64,000 nt of DNA from the human T2T-CHM13v2.0 reference genome, Homo sapiens. Position 1 is the stretch's first letter. Each line of letters opens with the position of its first letter. The notes below the pieces were generated by a model. That model was given only the letters and a program-made list of their open reading frames with translations. It ran no database searches and was not told where the DNA came from. This document shows positions 1 to 12,594 of this stretch, piece by piece. A program made the position numbers and the translations under genes. Location of the stretch: the NCBI RefSeq assembly GCF_009914755.1, contig NC_060926.1. One strand, given 5' to 3'.

Positions 1-1806
1 TGCTTCACCAGCCAGAAATTTCTGTGGCAGGCAGCACCTTCTGACTGAGTATTTGCTCGTGCCCACTGGGTTTGTTCTGCCCACTCGGCCTGGCAGGCTG
101 TGCTCAGCTTACGCTACAGGCCCAGGTCCCACACCTGCCAAGCGCAAGACAGGCACGAAGCGGTGAGGGTTATGTGAGCAAGTGAGAGTGGGTTCCAGCC
201 ACTGTGCACAGCCAGGTGGGCATGCTGGCTGCTTAGGCGGAGAAGTCAGCTCCAGGTGCCTGGCACAGGTGCCAGCTCTGTGCAGAGTCACAGCTGGATC
301 AAATGCACTGCACGTGGCTTCTGCTGCAGGTACCCATGTCTAGATGAAGGGAATGCAGTGGCACCTGGAAGCTTGGAGATGCCAGGAACTGCAGAGACCC
401 AAAGAGGGTATCACAGCCCTGGCTCAGGGAGTCCCTAGGTCTGGACTCCCCAAAGGGCCACATCTCTTCTCTCCTTCTTGTTGCCTGCAAGCAGGAGAGA
501 AGCAGGGATTGGGGGTGGGTTGCAGGGTCATGTTTCAGCTCTGTTTGTGTTATAGCTCTTTTAGTCCCGCCATTCAGCAGGTCCAAAGTTCTTGTCCCAT
601 GTCCTGGAAAAATGAGGTACACAGACACCTGGAGGATAAGCACGGTGGAGAAGAGCTTCATTGAGCAGCAGAACAGTTCTCAGGAGACCCAATGGCCATA
701 GCTCCTTTCCACTGGCAGATCATCCCGATGTCTGTGCAGCCCTCAGTGGAGAGGAGAGGAGACCCAGAGTGAGTAGCTCCTACCTGCAGTCAGGTCACCC
801 CATTGTCTGCCCAAGTCTAGCTGTATCTGGGGGTTTTTATGGGTTTCCAAGGAAAGGAAGTGCATGCTGATTGGTCCATAAGCAGCCATGGGCACCCCAG
901 AAAAAGCACCATAAGTTCTCACTCCAGTCCACGGAACTGGCAGCCCAGTCCTCAGGCCTCAGGCCTCAGGCCAGCATTGGCTTGAAGGTAGGGCTTCACC
1001 GGGGACCTGTCCATTTTTTCCCAGGATTCTGTCTGCTTCCTGCCACCATCAACCTGCTCTCCATGGTGCCCATGGCACCCAGGCTGTTTGTGCCAGGGGG
1101 TGCCTGCAGGCCCTTGCCAAGCTGCCCTCAGCACCCCTGGCCTCCCTCCTGTGCTTGTCAGTGCCCAAAGTCTGGAGGGGGCCAAGGCAACAAGGGGCTG
1201 GTGTGTCAGCACTGCCCCAAGCACACACACTTAGCCGGGTTGCAACAGTGCCTGGGCTCAGCCTCAACTTTGCAGGCACTGGGAGCAGGGAGAGGCCAGG
1301 CAGCAAGAGCAGAGACTTCTGAGCCTACAGGGGCATGAGGGCTTCCCAGTCCCGAGAGCACTGGAATGCCAAGGTCCGCAGCCTCAGCTGGGGCTTGGGG
1401 CAGTGCTGACACACCAGCCCCTTGTTGCCTTGGCCCCCTCCAGACTTTGGGCACTGACAAGCACAGGAGGGAGGCCAGGGGTGCTGAGGGCAGCTTGGCA
1501 AGGGCCTGCAGGCACCCCTTGGCACAAACAGCCTGGGTGCCATGGGCACCATGGAGAGCAGGTTGATGGTGGCAGGAAGCAGACAGGATCCTGGGAAAAA
1601 ATGGACAGGTCCCCGGTGAAGCCCTACCTTCAAGCAACTGTGCCTGGGAGGGTGGGGCTCCCACCCTTCCAACTCAGAAGCAGAAGGGGCTCCCACCTAT
1701 TCCTAGCTCCCACTGGGTCTGTGGAGTGCTCAGCCCCAGCCGTACCTTCCCCACTGCAGAAGGCATCATGGCAGCAGTTGCTCCAGATGGGCCACCACTG
1801 TCATCA
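1..1806 (-). mobile_element. MER52-family ERV1 solo LTR, 3' end running off the left edge, with an internal inverted duplication
   Basis: GC-rich block. The minus strand begins TGATGACAGTGGTGGCCCATCTGGAGC at 1806, matching the recalled MER52 5' terminus TGATGGCAGCGGCGGGCC. Sharp switch to AT-rich DNA after 1806. Confidence 0.8.
980..1635. repeat. Long inverted repeat: arms 980-1222 and 1393-1635 (243 bp each), 170-bp spacer
   Basis: Arms are ungapped reverse complements (980+1635 = 1222+1393), with 2 mismatches by eye. ORFs 871..1338(+) and 1325..1696(-) share an ~80-aa stretch differing at only 2 residues. Confidence 0.97.
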
Positions 1807-2079
1807 ACACCAGCAATCACTTTACCAATAACCCAACAAGGAGATTCAGTCAACCCATATTTACTGAGTGCTTGCTGTATATGAAGTACTTTTCTGGACA
1901 TTAAAGTAAGAGAAGCCTCTATGTATTTATGAATCATGAAAGCTCACAAACATTATGTTTCGTATAAGAAGAGACCATCAAACCAGAGAGAGGGGAACAT
2001 GGTTATGGATCTTTCACTCTGTAGATGTAGGAATTAGGTTTTAGGCTGCTGCAATAAATTTTTAATGAAGAAAAATAAA

Positions 2080-2323
2080 GCCAGGAGCAGTGGCTCACAC
2101 CTGTAATCCCAGTAATTTGGGAGGTCAAGGTGGACAGATTCCTTGGGCCCAGGACTTCAAGACCAGCCTGGGCAACATAGTGAAACTCTGTCTCTATAAA
2201 AAATACAAAACTTAGGTGGGAGGATCACCTGAGCCTGGGTATGTTGAGGCTGCAGTGAACCAGGATCACACCACTGTACTTCACCTTGGGCAACAGACTA
2301 AGACCCCATCTCAAAAAAAAAAA
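2080..2323 (+). mobile_element. AluJ-type SINE with ~49-bp internal deletion at the start of the right arm
   Basis: GCCAGGAGCAGTGGCTCACACCTGTAATCCCAG start. The linker AAAATACAAAACTTAG joins directly to GTGGGAGGATCACC. A-tail present; AAGAAAAATA on both flanks as likely TSD. Confidence 0.9.
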
Positions 2324-4448
2324 TGTTTTAAAAGAAAAATAGATATGTTATTAAAACAAAACAGAGAATAATTATACTAATTTCTGGGGCAGTTATTTGG
2401 ATGAACAGTTTGAATCTGAAGTGAGAGATGAGGGAAAAGTGGAGGATGGCAAAGGGCTAGTTTGTGCTGAAGCAAAACTCTTCCCTTGCATTATGCAGGC
2501 TAAAATGTAAAGCAGAGATATGGAAATGAAATTCTGAAGGATTTTCTTCTATACCCAACTATGGCCAGATCAAACATGTTTCTGCATTAAAAATAGACCA
2601 TTAGGGATACAATAAAATATTTGGATCATGAGCTTATGGTTATTTGCACCTTATACATTTTTTCATGTTCCAATTGTTCTGCAATAAACACCAATTACTT
2701 CTAAAACCAGAAAAGGTAATGAATTATAATATTAACTCTAATAAAAATATATTTGTATTTGCTTTCACATGTTCCAAAGTACATTTAAATGGTATTTTAT
2801 ATTTATGTAAATACATATGCACTTGAATGCACACTTACATACGTATATCACCCATATATTATGCCCTCAGCACAGAGTTATTGGTTTTCACTTCGCTGTG
2901 CAAGTCAAGGTTCCATTAGCATGGGATCATGCTGTGAAAACCAGCAACTGTTAAGAATGATGAAGACATTAATTTTCACGTCTCTGGTCAATGTTGCAGA
3001 ATGCTTAAAATAATTATGTATTATTTCCAAAGTTATACATTCTAACTCTATGAATTCTGAAAGTGTGTGTTTTTTCAACATACAGCTAAGGAGAAAGGTT
3101 CATATGGCTTTCACGGTCATCAAATGCTAAATAAAAATCTCTGTTAATTTTATATATTGAAGAAACCTATTTATTTTTGTATATTGAAGAAACTCTGAAT
3201 ACATGTAAATTTTTAACTCAGCAGGGTTTTCAAGAGAAAATATGTTGTGCACTAAAAAATATCGGCCTAGAGTGAGAGTGTAAGTTTAGGAAAGACCTAC
3301 AGCAGTTGCCTCCATTTAGAGTAAAAAGGCTTTGCACGTCCAATTAATCATGGGGATTCCATAACACTCTGCTATATTTTAGGACATGCAATAGGCTACA
3401 GTGGATGTTAGAACATGTAAGACTTCATATAATTCAATCAATAATTCTATTTAATTGAGAAACATTTATTGAATACTTATTACCAGTAACCAAAAAAGTG
3501 CTGGAATTTGTGATCAGATGAGCTACATATATGGGGAATAAATATTAATTAACCTTTGTTTTTCTATTACATTCTCATTTATATTTTGAATGGATTCTCA
3601 TTCCATAGTCATAGATATGTAACCTGGTCTCACATCTCTCCGCTACTTGTATCTCATACACAAACATGTACACACACAGACACACATACATACACATACA
3701 CAATTTGCTAGATTTGCATGCAAGTTGCTGAAAATTTAAGTACAATCAAGATGTTAGAGATAAGCAGCTCCATTTGGTCCTCTGTCATCATTTATCTTTG
3801 CAGCCCTCAAACCTTATCTCATTTGGTATTTGGTTGTCCGCACATTTCTGTTGCTGCTAAGTCACTCCTTTTATAATTCAGAACTCTCTTCCAGGCCCTG
3901 GATCCTTAGGAGTAATTCCTTGCCACTGAGATATTTTAGTTACGAATTAATTCTCTAACTTCAAACCACGCTGAACTGCAGGTAAGTAGAGGAAGCTAAG
4001 GTCCTCATCTGCCCAGACACACTACACAGTAATTTACTCTTTGTATATCCAGTATCTGAAAATCTCTTCCAAAAGATTAAGCAACAAGTACCTTTTACTC
4101 TCATATTCCAGGAGCCTATGTAGGGCTTATGTTACCATCATGAAAAGAACTTGGTTCAAGAAAATGGGCCCAGAGCTCCTTCCATAGGATCATCCTATCA
4201 AGGTCTTTTTACTTTTTAACAAACTTTTCCTCCCACATAGCCCAAGCAACCTTTACATGTCTTTAGAAAACTTGCTCATAATTAGTGTGCATTCTTCTTA
4301 TATTTTGTGTGTGTTGGTGTGTGGTGTGTGATACCATTTTAACTACCTTATATTTTCAATTGCTCCTGAAATAGTCTGCCAGATTATTTTACTTTGACCT
4401 ACTACTCAGGGATATTCAATAGCTTCTCATTGCCTCTTAAACTCACAT

Positions 4449-4519
4449 AACAAACATGCATGTCCTGCACATGTATCCAGAACTTAAAATAAAATTAAAT
4501 TAAAATTAAAAAAGAAAAA
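4449..4519 (+). mobile_element. Very short primate L1 3'-terminal fragment with degenerate A-tail
   Basis: CATGCATGTCCTGCACATGTATCCAGAACTTAAAATAAAA resembles the L1PA/L1PB 3' end. Confidence 0.75.
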
Positions 4520-7062
4520 CACCGTCCTTATTTTATTTAAATATCTTGAGAAATATAAATTCATTATAACTTTTCTCCTACTACTTCCTGTAATAGATCA
4601 CTCTTGTGAGACTGATCTCATTAGAATGGCCTCATCATTACTCCCAACATATGTCACCAAGCTCCAATCTTGTTAATATTGCTCACCAAAACTCAATTCC
4701 AGACATCTCTCTTCCATTAAGCATTCCCCAGTCCTTTGCCCATCTTGATCACTGTTTGGTCAGGCAACTGTTAACAATGTATAAATCACTTTCTGTATAC
4801 TGTCTACTCTTTTTTATACTACACTTATATTCCTTTGGGTATTATGGATTGGAAGCCTCTCACAGAGTCCATGGCAGGTAGTATACACTTGGACAAAATG
4901 CTATGAATAAATACTTGGCAAATTACTCTAATATGTACATAGAGTCCTCAAAAGAGAAGGAGGAAAAGACAGCAGCACTGTTTCAGACATTTCTCTATTT
5001 TATTGTGATCCAAGTAAATACAAAATACTCCAGTAATTAAATATTGAATTTACTTCTGGCCATGTAGCCATTTAGGGAATTTCATATTGCAAGAACACAC
5101 TGTGTATTAACACATTGTGTTAATACAAAACTAATACTCTGACACTATCACTTGATTTTTAATGTCTTGATAATTCTTGACCCAACTCTGCCTTTGTTGG
5201 TGCAATGCTTAATGCAGTCTCTTGAGAAGAGTTGTTTATTCTTCAGTCTCTTAGAACTAAAAATTTCTGTTTGCTTTGGCTGTTTCTTCAGAAGCGCTTT
5301 AAACACTAATAACACTAATACATTATTTAAAGTAAAAACACAAGTATGAACCTATTTCTATTGGATATTTTATGTTCATTTGTTTGCAGAGACAGAAATA
5401 TGAGAACACAATCATTATCTTTGTATATGCAAGTAATTCGAGTTGCCAGAGGCCCTTTATGTTTACTAAAACAGGGATGGCTTCCAATAATCTGTGAGAG
5501 ATTATATTAAACTATGGATCTCTAGATACAATTTCCTTCCTCCATTCTATCACTTTTTTCTTTCTGATGGTAGATTTTCAAAGATTATGTGACAATAAGC
5601 CTTCAGTGTTGCATCATTTTATTGGGAAGTTTTTATTTCCCACGGGGTAATATTCTTTCTGGAACCACATTTAGAGATCATTTCTAAGGGTTGCCTTCTT
5701 TACCTTGGGAGATCTCAACTAGAAAGTAAGCTCCAGGGACTTTTTTTTTTTTTTGACCACTGCTGAATCTACAGCACCTAGAAGAGTCCTTGACATTCAA
5801 TCAACATTTCTTTATGAATGACTGAATCAGAAAAAGTTTATTTTCTCTCTATAATTTATCTTTTCTTTGTTTATGCCTTTCTTAAAAGTACCTAACCTCC
5901 CCCTAACCCCTAGGCTGCACATACTAGTGATATCTTCAGAAGCAAATTGACAGAGACAGTTTTAAACTGTTCTAAATGATAGTAGAACTCTAGTTGATAT
6001 GAACTGGGCAAATATTTATAGACATAATTTAATATTTATAGATCTTCTGTAAACCTAAATATTATCTATAGGTTATAATACCTCCCCCAAAAAATGTTGC
6101 TTGATTTTCTCAATGTTGAATAGGTTTTCATAAGCATAATATAAATTGTTTAAAGCTATTTTCATATAGGAACCTAGGAGAGAAGTAAATGCCACCTCTA
6201 TTCAGTCTAAATCTACACAGCATTTAATAATACAATAAAAGTAAGGAAGGTAAGGAGGAAGAAAGCTCAATATCTATTGAATCAAAATATGAAAGTTATT
6301 GAAAAAAGTCAGCTGTTTTAGATCAGATAGATTTTTAAAAACTAATCATCTTACAGGTATAGATATTTTACTTTCAAACAGAATTTCACTATCAATATAA
6401 ACACTTATCTCCTAAGGACTGTGATCACATGAAGATAACATCTGAGTAAACCGTCAAGAAAACTGGGAGTTCTTAGAAGCTCTGACTTCTTTAATTATAC
6501 TATGCATTACTAAATTCCTTTATGTAGTGATTGCATTATTAATATTTAAGAAGGGAAGCTGATTCCTATTTAACTTTTGTTGCAGGAGCTCACCATGTAG
6601 CAGTAATCCCTTTGTAAGAACAAGGAAGCCATGCACCTCCAGCTGTGATAGAAATAGGATTGGAGAAGAGTTCCTCTGCCAGCTCACCTTTTCATTGTTA
6701 GCATGCCATTTATTATAATAAATTACTTTAAGAGGCACATTTTACAGTATCACTTCTGCTTGTTTTACTTGATCTTCGCTTTGGATACATATTGATATAT
6801 TAAAATAGCTTGCACTTTTATGGAAAGCTTTATTTAAAGGTAAACTTGTTTTTTATTGTTGAATCACATAACTTAAATTCTATCTTAAAGTATTAAAATT
6901 GTGCATATTTTGAATCTAGGAAAATGGAGGCATCAAATAGTAACATAAATGTTTTTTAAAAATCATTTTACTATCTAATCCCTTTATTCTAATTAGATCA
7001 GGGCCCTCTAGGTTTGACTTTTTCTTATCTTTGCCATTATTAGTTTGTTTGGGGTTTTGTGT

Positions 7063-7452
7063 GGTTTTTATTATTATTGTGTTAAAAATACTTAGCATGA
7101 GATCTACCTTCTTAAAATTTTAAAGCTACAAGTCATTATTGTTTACTATAGGTACCATGCCTTACAGCAGATCTCTAGAGTTTATTCATCTTGTTTGACT
7201 AAAGCTATTAATATATGCCCTTTGATTACCAATTTCCTATTTCCCACTTCCCACAGAACCCGGTAACCACCATTTCACTCCTCGATTCTACGAATTTGAC
7301 TATTTTACCCATCTCATATAAGTGGAATCATGCAGTGTTCGTCTTTCTGTGACAGACATTTCAGTTGGCATAATGTCCTCAAGTTTCATCCATGTTATTG
7401 GCAGATTGGCACAATTTCCTTCATTTTCAGGTTGGATACTATTCTACTGTAT
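7063..7452 (-). mobile_element. L1MA/L1MB 3' end fragment (approximate bounds)
   Basis: Antisense L1 3' motifs CTCATATAAGTGGAATCATGCAGT, CATAATGTCCTCAAGTTTCATCCATGTT and CAGCAGATCTCTAGA. Confidence 0.8.
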
Positions 7453-8679
7453 TTATTTTTGTTGTTTTTTTTTAAGATCACTTAAGCATATACATATATG
7501 CACACACATATATAGATTCCAGACACATTAAAAGTTACTATATATTTTTAGATAAAATAGCTGAATTTTGATTCCCCATGAAAAGACAGCATTATATTTT
7601 GATCCATTGAAGAGACACAAATGTTTATATGAGAAATATTTCAAATTACTTTTCATAGACTATATAAAAGAGGTATAAAATACAAGACACATGTATACAC
7701 ACGCATACATAAATTTTGCTATTGCTTTTACTATAACTGAAATCATATCCATAGATTTTATGTACTTTGTTTTTCACACTCCAAAACGTATCATGGAAAT
7801 CTCTCCAGGTTAACTGACGGAGAGTTAATTTATTATTTGTTAACAGCAGCATAATATTTCATAGTGTAAATGCCCTAATGTGTATATCATTTTCCTATTG
7901 GTCAGGCTTTCTCTTTAATTCAAACATTTTTTTTTCCTTTTTTTTACAAACTATATTAAGTCATGATATTCTGGTTCTATATGATAGATTCCTGTGAATA
8001 AAATTGCTAAACAAAAGTTTATCTTTGTTTTAATAGATGTTGCCAGATTACTTTCTCAAACAGCTGTGTTATACTCACTTTCCCTGGTCTGTGCAGTAGC
8101 TCTTCTTGACATCTCCACCAGTGATGGGAAATGCAATTCTATTTATTTTTTGACAGGTCTATGAATATAATTTAATACCTTGTTTTCTGTATTTGGTCAT
8201 ATGTGTCTATGTATGCAAACAAATTTTCTTGACTACTAAATTAGAACATTTTTTCTTAAACATGTTGGCCAATCATTACTCCTACTTCCTTAGAGCATCC
8301 AATTCAAGGCAAAGCCTTATTTCTGTGAACCCTCTCCAAAATCACTTCATACAAGCTTAAATCCTTAAATGTTATCTTTTAACATTCTGAGACACCTAAT
8401 GGTTTCCCACGATGTTTTTGCTCCTTTGCAACAAACAGCAATAAATTAAACTTGTTTAAATGTGGGTTGTCCCTGGTATTCTTTGCCTGGCAGGCATTGA
8501 CACCAGATGGGAAGATTAACAACACAAATGTATCAATTGTCTCAAAACTAATATTTGTTTTGTATATTTTAAGACATTACAACTAGAGTCCTCACTTTGT
8601 GTGCATTGTGAACAGGGATTTGCTCAAAATTATCCTCATCTTCACAAAGAAGTAGAAATGCTCAAGAATAGTGTAAAAA

Positions 8680-9029
8680 ATTTTAAAGTTAGAACAATAG
8701 GAGAAATAAAGGTATGTTTATAAAGTCGCAATAGGAGGGCCCCTGTGTTGATAGAACTGTTGAGTATCTTAACTGTGGTGGTAAGTACATAAAACTGCAT
8801 GTGAGAAGATTGTTTAGAACACACTCACACAAATGAGTTCAGTAAAACTAGAAAAATCAGAATAATGTTGGCTGATTGTATCAATATCATGGTTCTGATA
8901 TTATGCTATAATTTTGCAAAAAAGCTACCATTGGGGAAAACTTGGAAAAGGACACAAGGGATATCCCTGTACTAGATCTTATAACTGCATGTGAATCTTT
9001 AACTACTTCAAGTTTTTCAATTAAAAAAA
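8680..9029 (+). mobile_element. Old L1 (L1MC/L1MD-like) 3' UTR fragment (approximate bounds)
   Basis: TACCATTGGGGAAAACTTGGAAAAGG...CTTATAACTGCATGTGAATCT followed by an A-rich end. Confidence 0.7.
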
Positions 9030-10058
9030 GGAATAGCAAGGTTTGTGGGAACTTGCATTATCAGAAGGCACATTTTACCTAAAATCAGTGAACACGAACA
9101 ATAGGTATTGGTATAAAACTAGATAAATCAGCAGACTAGAATATAAAATCTAGAAGTATATTCATACATTCATTATTATTTATATCTATTCATCTATTTT
9201 TTATTTAGAAATTGTTGTTTAGATTAGTGAAAAGTGTTTCAAACTTCTTGGAAGCAATATATGATGCCATGTAAATGAGTATCATATTATATTTTAATCA
9301 ATTATTTGATATATTGAATGTAACCCATAATTTAATGAAAAGCAACACTATTGCTCTATCAGAATAATATAAATTCTATTTTTTAATGTTGCATATTATA
9401 CTTTAATTGTATCTTTTCCATGAGAAGTTACACCTCGGGTATATTCAGTAAAAGTGCTCCCCTCGGGTATTATACAGTAGAAGTGGAAAATATTCTCTAG
9501 TATTAAAAATATACATAGTTACTGATATTGTACAAAGCAAAAGAGAACCTCTCAACCCAAGTAACACATAAACTTCCCAAGAAAGATTTCAACTATGGAA
9601 GTTTCTCCATAAGGCCAAAGCATTCTTCTTCTAAACTTCATTAGAAATTTTCAGATAAATCTAATACCTAATGCCTCTTTCCTAAGACTCACTTATCTCT
9701 GGGAAGTAAGTTTCTTGTTCTTGCTCTGTTATCATTTATCTTGATTTCTTTAATTCTTTTTTAGCTGGTCTCCTTAATCCTCTTAATTACAGTGTCTTCA
9801 AAACTCACCCCTATGTACTCTACTAGAACTATTATCAGATCATTTCATTATCAATTATCTGTAAAATTAGTTCTTAAATTATTCTTAGTTTTTAATAACT
9901 TACTGTTCTCACCTGTCAACCTCTCCAGTCTAAGGTAGTATTTTTAGATATGTTTCTTATTCTGTTTCTCGGAGCCATTAATCAAAAGCCACACCAATTT
10001 TCTTTTCTCACAAATACTGTGGAGTGCCCTACATCTCCTCAGGATCTAGGGCAAAAAG

Positions 10059-10198
10059 CAGTGTTTCTCAAAGTTAGTGGGCCTAAGAATCACCAAAGGT
10101 GCTTGCCAAATTTCCACCTCTGTTTCATAAATCCTGACTAGAAGGCCTGGGATTTTAAACAAACACCCCAGGTGTATAGATAATTCTTAAGAAACCCA
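10059..10198. mobile_element. MER5-family hAT-Charlie MITE
   Basis: Terminal CAGTGTTTCTCAAA ... TAAGAAACCC with internal TTTTAAACAAACACCCCAGGTG. Confidence 0.65.
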
Positions 10199-10439
10199 GA
10201 AGTACAAATAGGAAGGATAAATGATTCCCATCTAGGTGTCTTTCTAACAGATTCTAAAACATCCCATTGGAAATGTCTCAGTGTTTTGGCCAATACTTGA
10301 AAGACTCTAGCACTGCTTCTATTAAATCTCCGAGATAAAATATGGATAGTACTTCAGTCTACTCATACAAGAAGGTGAGACTAAGTTTAGTGATAAGGGA
10401 AGGTGGAGGCCCAATGAAATCAAACAATTGCTTTCATAT

Positions 10440-10576
10440 CACTGAGCCTCAGTTTCTTCTTCTGTAATATGAGGATAATATTCTACTCCACAGAATAATT
10501 ATGAATGTTAAATGAGATAATATATAAAGTATTTATCGCTAAGTCAAAACTGTTATAAGGGCTAAGTAAATATTTG
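10440..10576 (+). mobile_element. MIR SINE fragment
   Basis: MIR core CTGAGCCTCAGTTTCTTCTTCTGTAATATGAGGATAATA...TTAAATGAGATAAT. Confidence 0.8.
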
Positions 10577-11859
10577 CTTGTATTTTTCTTCTGGAAACTT
10601 TTCACACTTTTCTGAGATATTTTTATTCTTAGTAACTATTCACATTTCCAAAAGAACATGGACTGATTGAAACATCTTGTACTTTGCTAGGATCTTGAAG
10701 GTGCTTAAACGATTATTGGACCAGAAACTCAACCAAACACATTTTTTTGGTTATCCTTATGTGTTCAATTTTTCTTTGTTCAAAATGATGAAAATTACCA
10801 GAAAACTAAGAGGAAAATCTCATAAGCATAGGTGTGTCTGCTGGGAAAAAAGACACCTCCTTCATGTCACAGTATTATTTTGCCTCTACTTGTGTCCTAA
10901 TATAACGCCTCAAAGTTCCAGAGAAACAACATCTTCCTCTGTAGAAAGGTAATAGCATCACAACTTATAGCAATAGATCTATTTGTTCTGTAAGCATTAT
11001 AAATATTTCACATTTTCCATAAAGTTTGAAAAGGGAAACAAACAAAAGCTATGAATGTTGTCTCATAGACAGTCTTATTAGAGAAGACTGCCCTTGTCTT
11101 CCACAAGGTCCAAGAGAAAAATTGCTGATGGTTCGTGCTCCTAAAAAGGAAAGACAAACCACCCTCTTGGTTTCAATCAGTGTCCCACCAAAAGGATTTT
11201 ATAATTCACTATCTTATTTGGGAGCAATGAGTGTTGAGAGAGCACACACCTGGATAATCCTAAGATGTCTCCTCTTGAGCTCCAGAAAACAATGGGCTGG
11301 TCATTTCTTCAAAACTCAGCAGGTGCCAGACACTGTGCCTACCACCCTTGAGGAGTTTCTGGTCTGATGACAGAAGGTCTTTGAGTAACACTTTCTTCTC
11401 CTTGGTTGCACATTTCTCATCAAGTATCCATATCTTCATGCCAGAATGGTCCTCCCAGAGCCATACTTCTTGGTCTGTACATTTTTCTGTTTTTTTTTTC
11501 TTTTTTATTACTTCATCAAAACTGCCCTTTTAGGCTCAGGTGTCTGAGAATATATTATTGTTTACTTCTCCTGGCTGAGATGATGAGATACTGTAGAGAC
11601 CTAACATAGTCACCTCAATCCTAGTAAATCTTTTTCACTTTAACAAGTACCTCGCCTAAAGAAAGACATATTTTAGGACATGCAAGCCTCACAATGCCTT
11701 TAAATTGTCTTGTATATGTAGTCATTAGCTCTACATTCCTGTGTCCAACTTTGAATAATGTGTATATTCAATAAAATGAAAAAATGAAAATTTGACATCT
11801 AATACATAGTAGGGACTCTCTTAGATTTTAGGCACTTAAAAGCTGATTTTATCTATCAG

Positions 11860-12085
11860 TATCGAGTATCCATGCAATACCAAAAAGTCTTTATGCCCTT
11901 CACATAGATTAGCTCACAATGGCCCTATGAATAAAGAACTATTACCCCCATTTTATATATAAGAATGCTGAAAAACAAAGAGGTACAACATACTTGCCAA
12001 GGACACACAGCAGCTAGATATTAGAGCCATGATTGAAACCCAGGCATTTTGGTTCCGGAGACCACATGCTTAAGCATTATGCTTT
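11860..12085 (-). mobile_element. MIR SINE
   Basis: Antisense core ATTACCCCCATTTTATA...ACTTGCCAAGGACACACAGC...GATTGAAACCCAGGCA. Confidence 0.8.
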
Positions 12086-12190
12086 ATCACTTTAAGAAAT
12101 TTTTCATGAGAGTCAGAGCTCTCAGTCTAATGGGACCACAGTTGTGAAAGAATTAACAATAATAACACACATGAGCTATATAGTAGATGC

Positions 12191-12594
12191 TGTAGCCTGA
12201 AGGATATATGCTTCAAAATGCTGGGATTCCTCAGCTGTCAATTCTTTTCAAAATTGCTCCAAATGAAAAGAATCACCTTGCCCAAAGTCAGACCCCTCTT
12301 TAAAATAGCCCACAGACCATGAATGATTGATAGGGAGGACTAATCTGAGGGCCCTTCATGTTCACAACATTCCATGGAGCTCACTGAGGTCTTCTTTGAA
12401 ACTGCATCACAGCCCAGTATTTCCCTCTGCTCAATCCTGCTTCCTTCCCTTGTCTTCCATAGGTGTTAATCCCCAGAACGATCCCTAATAAACAGCCTGC
12501 ATTTTAATCGCCATCTCTGATAGGACAGCCTGATTCCCATCCTGCATGCTAATCTCCATCTCAGAGTCAGATTCCTGGGACTCTGTTCCTAACA
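12191..12594 (+). mobile_element. LTR16-family ERVL LTR (approximate start)
   Basis: 3' end CCCTAATAAAC...CCTGCATGCTAATCTCCATCTCAGAGTC...AACA typical of LTR16. Part of this 3' motif is locally duplicated. Confidence 0.65.

Noticed and set aside
109-1831. Many overlapping 60-155 aa ORFs on both strands
   Set aside because: They arise from GC-rich, stop-poor MER52 sequence. The duplicated peptides simply mirror the inverted repeat.
2882-2943. TGGTTTTCAC/GTGAAAACCA 10-bp stem enclosing a second small hairpin
   Set aside because: The large asymmetric interior is unlike a pre-miRNA, and one 10-bp match at this spacing is plausible by chance.
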